A DNA stretch of 64,000 bases, from NCBI RefSeq assembly GCF_009834535.1, contig NC_045697.1, positions 49,044,001-49,108,000 on the forward strand, given 5' to 3'. The stretch is from Camelus ferus (taxonomy: Eukaryota). This document shows positions 13,948 to 26,937 of the stretch, one piece after another (position 1 is the first letter of the stretch; every line of letters begins with the position of its first letter). A program made the position numbers and the translations under genes. The notes beneath the pieces were generated by a model, which was not told where the DNA came from, searched no databases, and was given only the letters and a program-made list of their open reading frames with translations.

Positions 13948-15059
13948 GGATGTCAACCAAATAAAAGGAGACCAGAAGAACAGATACAGAAATGTTTCAG
14001 TTGTGCCAAAGACAACAGGAACAATGTCACAGAAGCCAGCCTGCCCCCAGAAGTCTGTACTTCTGTTCTGTAGTACAGATGTCACTGAGAAACTGCTGCC
14101 CAGCCAGAGGCTGTTCCCCAGCCCCCCTCGCCTCCACCTGCATGTGGCCACCTGACCAGGTCTCACTAGAGGCACATGAACACAGCAGTACTTGGAACTT
14201 TCTGGCCTAAAGTTTTAGTAAGCGTGGTGTCTTTCCTTACTTTATTTCTCCTTCCACCAGCTGGTTACAGAGGACAGCGATGGCTAGGGGGACAGGAGAG
14301 CCATGGGACAGGAGCCTGGGTGGCAATGGGCAAGGAAAACCGCCCTCCTGCCAGGAACAGCCCTGCTGCTGTTGCCACCGCGTGACATGGAGGTGTCTGT
14401 GACAGCAGGTAGCGTTCGGCCTAACCACTGCGGGTAATAAGCTAAGTAGGACCCAAGTCCTCCCCCAGCCCTCCTATTCCTCACTCTAAGCACGTCCAAT
14501 TTTAAATAATGAGTTTTTAAAATATGAAGTTTAGTATTATATGTATCTCTTAAATCAATTGGCTTTACTGAAAGATTTTTATTTCATCAGGTAATGATAA
14601 AATGACTAGTGAGAACTTTAAACAGATTTCTATTGTGAATTGCTTTACCTAACAGATATGCTTGGGCATTCTGTGCAGCAGTGGTAAATGTCTTCTGGAG
14701 ACCTCACTGGCAGAATATAAAATTCATTATGAAGTAGGTAAGAAGTATATGTGAATTTAACATTAAAAATACTATGAGCCAAAAACAGTTCTTTACGCAC
14801 TTTCTAACACTTTTCCAGTTGGGTTTATGCTCTTTTCAACAAAGACCATCTGTCACCAGGACTAAACATTGTTTTGCCAATAAATGTTACACTTATTAAA
14901 AGGTTTTTTTAAATGTAGAATTAATTTTCAAGTACAGGCATCCCTCCACAGGTAAAGTTTTAAAATAAATACTCAAACTTTTTCTCTAAAAGAAGGAGAA
15001 AAGCAGACTTCTATGCCTCTTAATGTCTGCTTTTTTTCTGTGTCTTTAGTGGAGAAAAT

Positions 15060-15183
15060 TTTATTTTACATCTAACTGTTATGGTACTAAGATTTATACA
15101 AATAATTCAGACATTTAATAAAGATATTAAAACTCAGGTTTTATTATTTTTTCAGTTATAATGGCAAAGTTTAAATGTTTATT
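15060..15183 (-). terminator. STBD1: Cluster of three AATAAA signals, probable STBD1 3' end
   Basis: TTTATT on + at 15060, 15140 and 15178, about 1 kb beyond the STBD1 stop in an AT-rich UTR. Confidence 0.55.
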
Positions 15184-16147
15184 TCTTCCTAGAGCAAAGA
15201 TGTACTTCTGTATCACTGTTCTGTTACAATTTTGTTACTCAAGACAGCTTCTGGCATGAAAGGAGAAGGAGGAGGGTGAAACAATCGCTATAGAACAGCC
15301 GTGTGTCAGCCCAGATCTAGTGTGAGAGAGGGGCAGTGGGAGAGGTGGTCCTACGAGGCCCCACGAGTACATGACGGTGCATCCCACCCTGCAGTCAGGC
15401 TGGCCTGTACCTCCCAGCCCTCGAAGAGGTGTCATTCAGGCCGCCTTGCTTAGCCTACACCTTAACCCCCGTCCTTTTCTCTTTCTCTTGGGCTGCTCCC
15501 TCTGGCACATTCTGATTAGGCCCCTTGTCTCTACACCAGCCTTCGATCATTAAGACAAGAATATACTTGCTACCTTCAAACCATCTGTGGCAGGTAAAAT
15601 CAAGCAAAAACATTGGGAAGTCTTAATACATTCCTCATATCCTTACTAATTACATCTAGTGACCAGATATTTTCTAATAACGGTTCCATATGGTGTTAAC
15701 TACTTTTAAATATAAAATGTGTATGCAGCAGAGAGTGTTTCTCCAGCTGTATCAATAGGAAATCAGCTCTTTTTGAATGAGGCTTGTTTCACTTCCCTAG
15801 TTTAAGGATCTCCCAAAAGCTCAAGCCTAAATCCTGTGCAGCTGGTTAGTTTCTGTGGTTCCTGACCAGTGCACATCTGAAGCTTAGCCAGCCACTCCCC
15901 AAGACGACCAAGCCCTAAAGAAATGATGGATCAGCATAAACCCATCCATCGATACCACAGGGAAAAAAAGTCCAGGCTCACTGGAAGCATTATCTACACA
16001 TGAGACAAAAGCCACTAGCAAATTTGAAACAACTCTGATGGCTAGGTTTGGAGCTACATTTCCTTTATTTTAAATTATTCAGGGTGCTCCACAACCTTAG
16101 CCTCTTCCACTTTCTGCAACAGCCTCTTCAGTACTTCGCAGACTGCA

Positions 16148-17010
16148 TCAGTGAATCCCCCACCACTTGTGAAGCACTTTATCCTCATGGCCAGTCTCTA
16201 AGAATCTATTGTTGCATTCTTCCCAACGACTAACTTCCCCATTCTCTACCACCACGAACTTCCATTCTACCACTGTGTCTGCTGGCAGGGACACAGAACG
16301 AGACCAGAGCCCATCCTTGCTACCCTGGAGTGGGATGTAAGCCTTCCACCTCCCAAGACTCTCATGGTCTCCAGTTATTGCAATGAACTGCACACCAGCA
16401 TTTGTGATATAATGGACCTGGAACCTGATGCTAACCTGCCGAGACTCTGCAGACACTGCTACTGCCCTTTTTGGTTTCACACCCACTTCCTGACCTCTCG
16501 CTTCCATAAGAGTGCTTCTGCCATAGTCCTTTCCCTGGTTAGAGCTTAACACTGGAGCCTCAGGACTGCCTCCCAGACCAACATCTCCCCAAGATGAGTG
16601 CCGGGACATCATCTCCCAGTCCTCATGGTCAGCCCGGGCCTGACTGTCCAGCTGTGCAAGGTTCATGTCTTCTTTTGCTCTGTCCAGGAACAGGTTGCTA
16701 GAAGGCAGCTTCTCTGCCGAATGTGGAGCTGCTTTAGCAGATGTCTTTTGGCCTTCTTGGAATCCCTGTTCTCCTGTGGGAGATCCAAGGCTTTTATGTC
16801 TTGATACATTAGAGTGACTTTGAGCATTACCAGTCCCTGAGGTAGCTAGAGATTCTGAGTCTGGAAACTGTCCAGAAGGAACATGCGCTCTTGACTTGTC
16901 CCAGTTACCACCTTCTCCAGAAGGACTCTGCAGTCTCCATGCTGCTGCTTGCAGGTCACCAGGGCCTTTGGTCTCAGAAACCAAACGTCCATTGCTTTCT
17001 TGAAGATGCT
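16148..17010 (-). CDS. STBD1: STBD1 exon 2: LIR/AIM region and C-terminal CBM20 glycogen-binding domain
   Basis: ttttag| acceptor (ct at 17011-17012), phase 1. Reads EHLQESNGRLVSETK...HEDWEMM...VSIRFQVHY...LGRW...VEWKFVVVENGEVSRWEECNNRFLETGHEDKVLHKWWGIH*. Exons total 208+863 = 1071 nt, 356 aa. Confidence 0.97.
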
Positions 17011-18229
17011 CTAAAAAAAAATAATAATAATAATAATAATGAAAAATATAATAATGTTAGGCAGTTCATGTGAGAAAGAATCAAGTTAGGCTGAGAAAAT
17101 ATGTTTAGTTATTAAAGACTTTGCTACTAACTTATCTGCAGTTCACAGACTGTCTCTATTAAAATCAAGTACTTAACTACCTAGTATGGCCACAACACTG
17201 TGCTCTAAGAATACACATGCATATCCCATAATAAAATGCACGTCCAAGAGTGTCAGTATACCAGCACAAGAGTGTAAATGAGGTGGCAAGCTGGAGAAGC
17301 GGAAGTGTAACCCTGTCACGGTCCTGGATCTCCGCAGTCCAGGCCACACTGGCGTGCAACCAAGTCAAGTTTGGCTCCTATCATCAAAAAATGTTGTCCA
17401 GCCTGTGTGGCGAAGAGCTGATGGTTACTCTGTAAACCAGAAGAGTACACTCGTACCCCCAGGAACTACATGCAGGTCAGGGACTGGCTCTCACAGGTGC
17501 GGGCAGATTAGCTGCAGCTGTCACTGTGGGAGAATTCAAAGGACAGCAGTGCGTCCCTGGGCCAGAAATGGCGGTGAGGGTCAGGGAGAGGGCTGGATTC
17601 TCCCTGCCAATCCCATGTGCATCAGAAACTTCTTCAGCTTTTTATATCCCCTCCCATTGTATACTTTAAAAATACATATTCTTAAGAGTACACAATCCAA
17701 GCTCCCTAAAGACTCAGTTTCCTTTTTGGCCACCTCCTTGATGGTCCAAATAGCTCTCTGTAAGATGGAAATCTCCACAACCATACAATCAGTATAGATG
17801 GGGGTTTGGGGTGGGAACAGGGAAGTTTTGTTTAATTTTGTCTCTTTCTAATGGTGGAGTTGGAAGTAAGACATAAAAATTACTGAGTTTCCCATCTTTC
17901 AACCTACAACATGAGGCTGGCTTTCACAAAAAAGAAGATAAATGGGATCTGTGCTCATCCAAAACCAGTCGCAGGAAAGGCACACATGAACACCACTCCA
18001 CTAAAAGTTTGCAGATGTCATTTTCACCACTGGACTAGCATTCAGGCATGGGCAGCTCGCCCAGGGAGGGCACTGGAAAGTAAGGTTTTCTGTCAGTGCA
18101 CTTTGCCCAGCATGCAGGGTCTAAAATATAGAGATGAAAACCTAGATATCAGTTCTACTCATCGGAGTCGGGTCCTCTATTAAGCACCCCTATTAAGTGT
18201 GCCTCTTCCCTGGGGTTTCAGACAACCCT

Positions 18230-19760
18230 GCACCGTCCGGGGTGAGCATGGGGGAGGCCCGACGGCTCTGATACGGGCGGCCAGCGCGCAGCCCCAGGGC
18301 CTCAGCCGAGGCCTTCATGGCCAGAGTCCAACCTGAACTTTGCCTCCCTGACAGAAGCGTCCAGATAGTGGGAGGTGCTCACTGCTCCAGTGTTCCCGAA
18401 CGTGGCTCTTCCATGGGGTGAGGGATGGGAAGACATGAGGCTGTGGGACTGGGACTGAGACAGGGTCCCTGTCGGGCCAGAAATTGGAGAGGGTCGTAGG
18501 TCCCCTAGACCTAAGCACTCCTTTCCAAAGGCCCTGAAGGGGTGCTGCCGCTGCAGCTGCCCGCACTGCACCAAGCGCCGCCAAGCGGAGGAGCCCATCC
18601 CCGCTGGAGGGGCCGGTGCAAGTCCTCAGGGGCGGGCGCCGAGGGCAGCGACTCAGCGGGGCGCGGCCCTTGGACGCAGCGCCAGGGCATCTCCAGGGCC
18701 TCGATGGAGGGCGAGAACCCCGCCCGGCGCGTGCGCACCAGCCAGGGGAAATGCGGGCCGCGGAGAGGAAGCTAGTCCTTGGGAATGGGCCGCTAGGAAA
18801 GCTCCAGGTGTGCCTTTTCCTCCCTCAGTGAACTTCACAGCCCCCCTGGCAGATCTGCCCCTCGAGACACGGGGAGGAAGAATACCTGGTTTGGTGACCA
18901 GCTCCCGCCTAGAAGGTCCAGGGCTCAGACCGCCGCCGCCACCCTTATCGCCTCCCGGAGCCGCAGCCTCCCCTGGAGAGGCGTCCTTCCCCCGCTCCGC
19001 GTCCCCCTCCTTTCCCGTGTCCCGCAGCAGCCAAACGAAAAGCGCTCCGGCCAGACCCCCTCCAACCAGCAGGGCGGACCAGACGGCGCCCATGGCTGAG
19101 AGGCCGCAGCTGCGGGAGACGACGGCGACCGAGACGGGGGCTCAGGTCACGCAGGCGGAGCCACACCTACCCAGCCCGCTCCAGCCTTTTACGGTCCCGG
19201 GCGGCGGGGGCTCCCGCTCGGAGCCCAGCCCTCCGCGACTAGGACTCAACTTTCCCAGCCCCGCCCAGCTTCCCGCCCCGAGGCTGCAGCCTCAGGCTCC
19301 AGCTGGGCGGACGCACGAGCGCCCTCCTTCTCCAATATTTTCCTTCCCGATTCTGCCAGTCGCCGGCGGCCTGGAGTATCGGGCGCCCTGTTTCAGGTGC
19401 GTCCCGCGAGCGGAAAGAACCCAAGGGCGCAACGGCTCCGCCGCGCAAACCCGCACCTGCCCCGCTGCCTTACCCCTTCCCGCTCCAGCTGCCCGTCAGG
19501 TAGTCCCTGCCTGGGACTGCGCCAGGCACCTCGGCGCCTCCTCCTCTTCACAGACACTTAGATGTGGCGCGGTCGGATAGAGACCGAAGCTTCCAGAAAC
19601 TTAGCGCAGAAGGGGCCGATATGTGTCGACCACATGGGGCTGCGGCTGGAGCTGGAGCTGGAGAGGCAGCCGGGCTGGATGGGATGGGGTAGACCAGGAG
19701 CACAGCGGGCGAAGTGGAGGCTGTGTTTGGCCTTCGGTTAGCTGCGCTTAGCTTCTGCAA
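18230..19760. promoter_or_regulatory. STBD1: CpG island / STBD1 promoter
   Basis: Very GC- and CpG-rich stretch covering exon 1 and upstream sequence, with several GC boxes (e.g. ccccgccc near 19258). Confidence 0.85.
18886..19093 (-). CDS. STBD1: STBD1 exon 1: N-terminal hydrophobic membrane anchor (MGAVWSALLVGGGLAGALFVWLLR...ELVTKP)
   Basis: gccATGG Kozak at 19093; donor CCAG|gtatt at 18886/18885; 208 nt. Confidence 0.97.
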
Positions 19761-22700
19761 GCTTCCGCCTCCTGCTGTAAAAGGAAAAGAATCAGACTAG
19801 GATCCTTCCATCTCTAAATGCCAGTCACCTCAGCCACATCCAGTCGACCTCTTTTGGGATGCGTGGTTGTCACAAAATGCGCGCCCTCCTGACTGGACTG
19901 GATGTTACACAGAGGCAAGCTACTACGGATGGGTTTATCAATAAAAACTGCAACCATCTTTGCTAAGCGCTGTCAGTGTGCCAGGTGTTTAATGGTTGCG
20001 TTTAATTTGATCCCCACAAAACAACCCTGGAAACTAAGAATTATACACATTTCTTTCTTAATTCACTCCTCTACTGATCTGAAGGCTTCACACTCCAACG
20101 TCAAGCTAATGGTTCCCATATTTGTATCAGCAGAGTGAGACTTTTCCTTGACCTACACACTCCTACATCCAACTGCTACGGCCACAGCTGGCAAATATCC
20201 GCCTTGGAATAACAGCTAAAATAGCTCCTCTGGTAAGACAAATCGTTTAAATGTGCCCCATGCTCGACGGTACAGCAGCCCCTAAGGGGTGCAAGACCGG
20301 CCAGTAGACTTACTGGTGCTGGCGCCTTGGTGCAGGTCGCAGTCCCTACCATCAAGAGGCGGGGAGAGGGAAGATGGGAGAGGAGACCGCGCCAACTCAG
20401 CACCTCCTCCTGGTTGCTAATAGATGTCTCAAATCCAATTCACTCAAATCTGATGTCCCCAGACGGGCTACTTGCTCCGACTTCTTCATCTCGGAAAGTG
20501 GCAACCACATCCTTTCCCGTTCCTAAAAAAGTTGGAGTCGTTCTTGACTCTTCTTTTTACCCCCTCTCACAGTAGTCAGTAGCAAATTCTGCCACTCTTC
20601 AAAATATATTCAGAATTCTACTTCTCTCCACAGCGAGTGTCACCCTGGGCCTGCCACCATCATTTCTTACCTGGATTACTGCCGTCACCTTGCACAGCTC
20701 TCCCTGCTTCCACCTTTGAGCCCTTACATAGTTTCAAATAGCAATCTAAATAATCCTGTTGAAACACGCCCATTTTCTGGGCCTCTGCTCAAGACCCTTT
20801 AATTGCTCCACAACTCCTGGCAAAAACCTTTTAAGACTACAGGATCTGCCCCCAGGGTGTCTCTGAGCTCATCTCTCTCTCTCCCTTCTTCAGCCACCCT
20901 GGCTTCCTGCATAGAGTCATCCTTGCTGCCAAAATCCATCCATATACCTAACATCTCTGCTTCAGATCTTTACACAATGTCATCTGTCCTGTAAACCCTT
21001 CCCTGATAATCCCCATTTTAATTACAACCCCTACTCCCTATGCTTTACTTTCTCCTTAGAATTTAGGGCATCAATTCTAATACATTCTACTAATCTAATT
21101 CCACCACAGGTTTGTTCTACTTAATTTCTCTTTCCTCTCTTTGGAATGTAAACTACATGAAAGCAGAGTTTATTGTCCTTTGTTCTCTGCTGAATTTCTG
21201 GCACCTAGAACATTCCCAGAGTGGTCCCTCAAAAAGTACTGGTTGAGTAATTGAATTAAAAGCTTCATATATTCCCAGTCTGCAGCATTATTATCATCTT
21301 CTTTGTATAGATTCTACCTGCTTTTTTTTTAAGCACAATGTAGATGTTGCTTTTTTGTCAAGTAGATTTCATGTCTTACACTAATTAGGGAGTCAATGAT
21401 GGGCTTTTTAAAAGACCGGTAGTTACTGACAACCACACATAGATCTCAATTCAAGCAGCCTTAAGATAACAAAACAAATCTTGAGATGAATATGAAAACA
21501 ATGAAAAGTAATAGCAAAACTATCTTTAAGAAAATGAATGTCAGTATATAAAATAGCATTTCCTTTATGGACTCTGTCTTACTAATTGGTTCTTGTAAGA
21601 CTACTGTAGATCTAATATTTTAACAGTCAAAATTTCGTTGAAAAATTTAGAATTATTCCATTTCCTTTTGTCAAAGTAAAACTTGATGTCATACATAGGC
21701 TGTCCTTAAATTTTACAAACTCTCAAGCCAATAGAGTGATTTTATATGAAAATCCTTGAACATTTTATTTCCTCACTGATAACTTCAGCTACTGCTTCAT
21801 CCATCAAAATTTTTATCAATGTGCTAATGAATGAAATTCCAGAAGATGTATAAAGTCCTAGGATGCAAGTTCCACTACTCATTTCTGATACCTAGAAGGC
21901 TCTTAATGAAGGTTTATTATTGTTATCAATTGCTATTTCATTTATTAAAAATATAATTTAAAAAGACAATTCTTCCCAACTCTTCAGAATTCTTTTTGCA
22001 TTGTATCAGATGTATCATGCAACATTTTTAAGGAACATTATTTATTTGGCTTTTCTAAACTTAAACGTCGACTCTGATTACTATGTTGCTGCTTTCAAAG
22101 GAAACTCCACTCACTGCCATATTTGTTAAAAGTCTACAGTCACACATTCTAAAAATATACTTATAGCATTAACAATACTGTGTTTATCACTATACAGTTG
22201 CAAAATAATGTTTTTGCCTCCGTGTGGAAGACCTTTGAGCCTAGGAAGGTGGGAACAACAACAACCAAAAAAAGCAGATTCAATAGGGACGAGGGAGGAA
22301 GATGGTAAGTCGGCTGAGATGGGTTCAATTTGAGATACTAGCAGGAAGTTGGGACTGGGGGTCTATACTTTAAGAAGAATATCAGGGCTGGAGATATTGG
22401 AAATCCCTCACAGGGAGGTTGCAGTTAAATCGTGGTAGAAATTAATATTCTGAGAGGAAATCAAGAATGAGCCTAACTTCAGCCCCTGGTATAATTTCAA
22501 TAAAGATTGAAAGGCTGCCTCCATATTGCTGCTTATTCACAATTATGTCTTGGTGTTATATTTTAGGGGCCATAATATAATGGCTATTTTCTAATTGATT
22601 ATTATTCTATTAAATAGAGTATAAATAGGTAGATACAGCTATGGATGGATATTTTAAAAATCTAAGCCCACAGGGGTCCCCAGGAAAAATAAGATGAATC

Positions 22701-22779
22701 TAGGTGATAAGGTATAACCTCTTCTTTTGTGCTTCGTCTGATTTCACTAGGCTTTGCACCCACATGTCAGATCAGCGTT

Positions 22780-23720
22780 CCCAGCACAGAAGCGCTGCAC
22801 AGGACACCTCAGCTCAGACACCCTGTTCAGAAGCACTGAGCAGAACATCTCAAGATGGTGGTGGCACGGGCCATGCGCAGAGACGCTGGGCGGGCCCTGC
22901 GCTGTGGGGCGGCAGCAGTCCAGCTGCGCCTGCGCCGCACGAGAACTCCACCCCCTCCCCGCTGACTGACGGGATCCCTATAAAGCAGCCCCCCCTTGGA
23001 CGGTCACGAATGAGAGCTTGTGCTCTAGAGCGGGAGCTCGTAGGCCTCTGTCTTCTGGTGGAAGAAGAACGCTTTCCTTTGCTGCTGAACTGGGCTGTTG
23101 GCTGGAGCGCACTGGGCAGGAGGACCCTCCCTGGGAGCCGACACTGCAGAGTGGGTAACATATATATTTATATAAACATTTTCCCCCTTTACCTTACACA
23201 AGAAGATTGCACACTCCTGGTGCGTTGTTTGCAGGGCTGGGGTGGGAGAGGATTAGAGCGAGAGGGAACGAAGAGTTGGGAAAAGAGAGACTCGGGAGAC
23301 TTGTTTCCAAAGTCAGGTACAGAAAACCATGCGAGCGGGTGGTGGGGCGGCGGAACGGGGGTGTCGCCCAGCGGAGTTGGTGGGTAGAGGGCTGAGAAGA
23401 AAATGGCTGGATTCGGCCCGTATGCGGTCAGGGTGGCTCTGCGGCGTCTGTGGGGGTGGGCGCTCGATTTCGGAAGGCTGAGATGTGGACATGGTGAAGG
23501 CCAACGTTGAGTGAGCCCTCCCCTAAGAAATTTGGAGGCAAAAGGTAGGAGAGAAATTGTAGTGCCCCTTGAGAAGAGACAAGCCCAGGGGAAGCTCTTT
23601 CAGACCAAGAGCGGATGTGAGGAGACAGGAGGCCCCTCGTGGGGATTCCACGGGGAGGAGGAAGTGGAGGCGGTGAGGCTGAACACCAGCGGGAGGGGCG
23701 GCCTGGGATGAAAGGAGGGG
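22780..23720 (+). promoter_or_regulatory. Orphan CpG-rich promoter-like element
   Basis: NRF1-like motifs at 22871-22880 and 22925-22935, GC boxes at 22888 and 22906, TGACG at 22967, TATAAA at 22979-22984, and candidate splice donors at 23151 or 23155. Confidence 0.55.
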
Positions 23721-26700
23721 AGGGGACAGGCATGAAGAAAAAAGAGGATGCCGTTAAGAAACACTTGGAGGTATAAATGGGGAGGAGTCAGGTTATCTAC
23801 TGGCTAAGTGAGAGAGAGGAAATCCGGTTGAGGTTTTGAGGACAGCAGAGCAGGTAGGAAGGAAATGGCCTCGGGGAGAAAAGGTTGCCCTTGGGAGTCC
23901 TGTTGGTTCTTCCGTCAAAGGCCTGTTGCGTTCCTCCCTTCGTGTCATTCACAGTGTCCTTGCCCCCTATTCAGATGCCACTATCATCTTTGCACCTCCC
24001 TTGGCTCTGGCTGTGACCCTCTCTGCAACCACTCCTGGTTTAACCCTCCTCAAGTACAGCCCCGAGCAGGGCATCTCCTCCCTCTGCCCGATTAAATTCA
24101 ACCCCATTTTAGCCTTCAGGGTCTCCAGGACACAGCCCAGCAACCTCTCCAGGCCTTTCTCTTCCACTTATCAGCACTCCAGCCAAACTGGGACTCCCGC
24201 GCTAGAGCCTTCACTTATTGGTCTAGACATTTTCCAAAAGGCACTTCCTTCCATGAGACTTTTCCCCAGCCCCCAATCCCACCCCCCCAACCCCCAAATT
24301 GATATGTCATTCTTCTCTTTGAACTCCGATTGCATTTTGTAACTCTCTTAGAGCAAACTATGAGGTTTTCTCTTATGGTATAATTATTTTTGTAGTGTAT
24401 CCTTGCCCATATTAGATCATAAATCCCTTAAGGGCCAGAGTTTGTTTATTCTTTGTATTCCCCAGAATGCAAAGTCTGTTATGCAATAGGCCTTTTTATT
24501 GTCTTTGTTCATTGAATGCCTAATATACACAGGCCCTAAGCTAAGTGGTGTATAAGGATTATCTCATAAATTCCTGAGAGAACTGATTTGCCCAAGGTCA
24601 TACAGCTGGTGAGTGACCAAACTGGGATTTGAACCCAGTGTGCTGACCTCCCAGGACTCATGGTTGAAACTCTAGCTACGCTGAATCCTAATGGCTATTA
24701 ATCCAAATTTCAAAGCATGTATTTTAGAAGTGAGCATGCAAATTGATGTATGTGACACCAGAGAACCTCTGTGGTAGTATTCCAGCATTTACGGTGAATT
24801 ACCGCCTTGCTCTTGGTTTGTAATTCCTCTCCACAAGCCCACACCTCATTTGGGAGATGTACTCACCAGCACCTGTCCGTTGCTGTCAAGCCTCTGGCTC
24901 CTGCTGCTCCACATAACATTAACCACAAGTCAAACCTTTCTGCAAAGCAGTCACATTGGAACTGCCCAGCTTCAGATTTCACAGAGACATTTTCTAATTG
25001 CAACCGTTTGCAAACCTCTGACTCATCTTAGTTCCAGAATAGACTCAAGGCTGAGATCTCTTACACTGAATGATGAAACCTTTACAGCAAAGGAAAATCT
25101 GTGTTAGGAGAAAGAGCTAACTGTACAGAGAAAAATAAAGTTAGATTACTACTTTGTACCATGTAAATTGATGGACTCCAGATGTAATGAAGTCCTAAAT
25201 GTAAACGGTAAAAGTACAGAGCTAATAGAGCAAAATCCAGGAGACTATCACTGTGATATTGCATAACACAGGAGGCCAAAACACTTCTTGACCTCGTCAA
25301 AACAAGGCTATCTGGTGAATGAGGTTGCTGTAGACAAAGTTAGCAGATAGATCCATAGCGGGAGCAGATTTTTGTGTTGTTAAAACCGACAAGGCATTAA
25401 TATGTAGATATAAGATGAACTCACACAAATTGATCAAAAAAAAAAAAAAGACATGAAGTCCAATATAAAATGAAGATGAGATGCTTTTCCCAGGTGCCTA
25501 GAACAATGCCTGGAACATAATAGGCACTCAGGATTGTTTTTTCTTTAATATATGAATGGCTAGTAAAAAGGAGCAGAAATGTTCAAATTCACTGGTAGTC
25601 AGATAAATGCAGATTAAAACAATGATACTACACCATTTTACATCCACCAGAAAGGCAAATATGAGAAAGATCTGATGCTGCTGATGGGAGAGTAAGGAGG
25701 TACAATCTGGAGAACAATCTGAAAGAATTTTGTGAAATTAAGTTATGCATATACCCCAGGACCCAGCAGTCCCACTCCTGAACGTGTAGAGCCCAGAGAA
25801 AATTTTGCACAAGACTGTAAGCAGACACGTGGTGTTATTTGGGGCAACAGTACATTCAAGGCCACCAAACTGCCCATCATGAAATAGTATGTAAAATGTG
25901 ATGGATGCCTATGAAATACTGTGAGGTAGATAGAGCAATGAACTGGATCTACACACAGTAATGTAATTAAATCTTAAATACATGTTGGTAATTAAAAGGT
26001 AAGAAACAAGATTTCTAGTACAATAACATTTATATACATTGAAAATACATATGCATTCATAATAACACTACTTAGGTTTCAAGGGTACATGATTAAGACC
26101 AGTTCTTAAACAGATTAAAGAGAATGTCTTTGTTGGGCACAAGGGTAGGAATGGGCTTTGGAATAAGGGGGAAACGAGTGAATGAGTAAATAACCAGAGG
26201 AGGGAGGGCCTTCCACAGACCAGTGAGGGTAATAGCTCTGAACTAGGACTTCTCAGACCGAGGTGTGCAGAGGAAGCATTGCCAACATTCCCAAGGGGAG
26301 ATTCCTACTCAGCAGGTCTGGGGTGGGGCCTGGGATTCTGCTTTTTCTAAGAAGCTGCCAGTTAATACTGATGCTGCTGGTATGTAGACCTCACTTTAAG
26401 CGGCAAGGAGACTAAGGAGTAAGGTTAGCTCAGATCTGGAAGCTTTAAAGAGAACAGGAGGAAGGAAGGAGGTGATCAGGAAGGGAAAAAGGGAAATCGT
26501 TTTTAAGAGTGGTGTTGGGGGCATCCAGAGCCGGGCAGCAGGTCTGCAGCACACAGAGGGGAAGAGGCAGGAGGCACTGTCTTCTTCTCCTGGTCAGTCA
26601 TGCCAGGCCATGCCGCACACACCGGTGGTGTTTCCCTCACTAGAGTGCAAGCTCACGAGGGCAGAGGGTGTACAGGTTCCTCCTAGTGTCCTGCATAGTC

Positions 26701-26937
26701 AGGTACTGAATGAATGAATGAATATCAGGAATGGTGAAGCACCAAGAGTGTATTACCAAAACATAAGTGGTAAATGTCCAGAACATAATTTGTTTAAGAA
26801 TTGGCAGTTATCTTCTTGAGGGAGAGTGAGGTAGATTATAAAAGGACATACCTAAGCAAAACCAGGGTGAGGGCAAAATTTGAGGTGACCTTTATTCCTT
26901 GTTTCTTGTCTTTTTCCTCTTTTCAGTATTATTCTTT

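Noticed and set aside
16984..16984. ORF-track start of the 278-aa STBD1 ORF
   Set aside because: This is an internal TTG; the real frame enters through the splice acceptor at 17010.
18810..19580. 256-aa + strand ORF antisense to STBD1 exon 1
   Set aside because: GTG start, Pro/Ala/Arg-rich and inside a CpG island where stops are depleted; no recognisable domain.
22704..23387. 227-aa + strand ORF
   Set aside because: GTG start, runs through promoter motifs and a (TA)n patch, and resembles no protein I know. The region is reported as a promoter instead.
23836..24342. 168-aa + strand ORF
   Set aside because: TTG start; overlaps pyrimidine-rich, L2-like decayed sequence; no coding signature.
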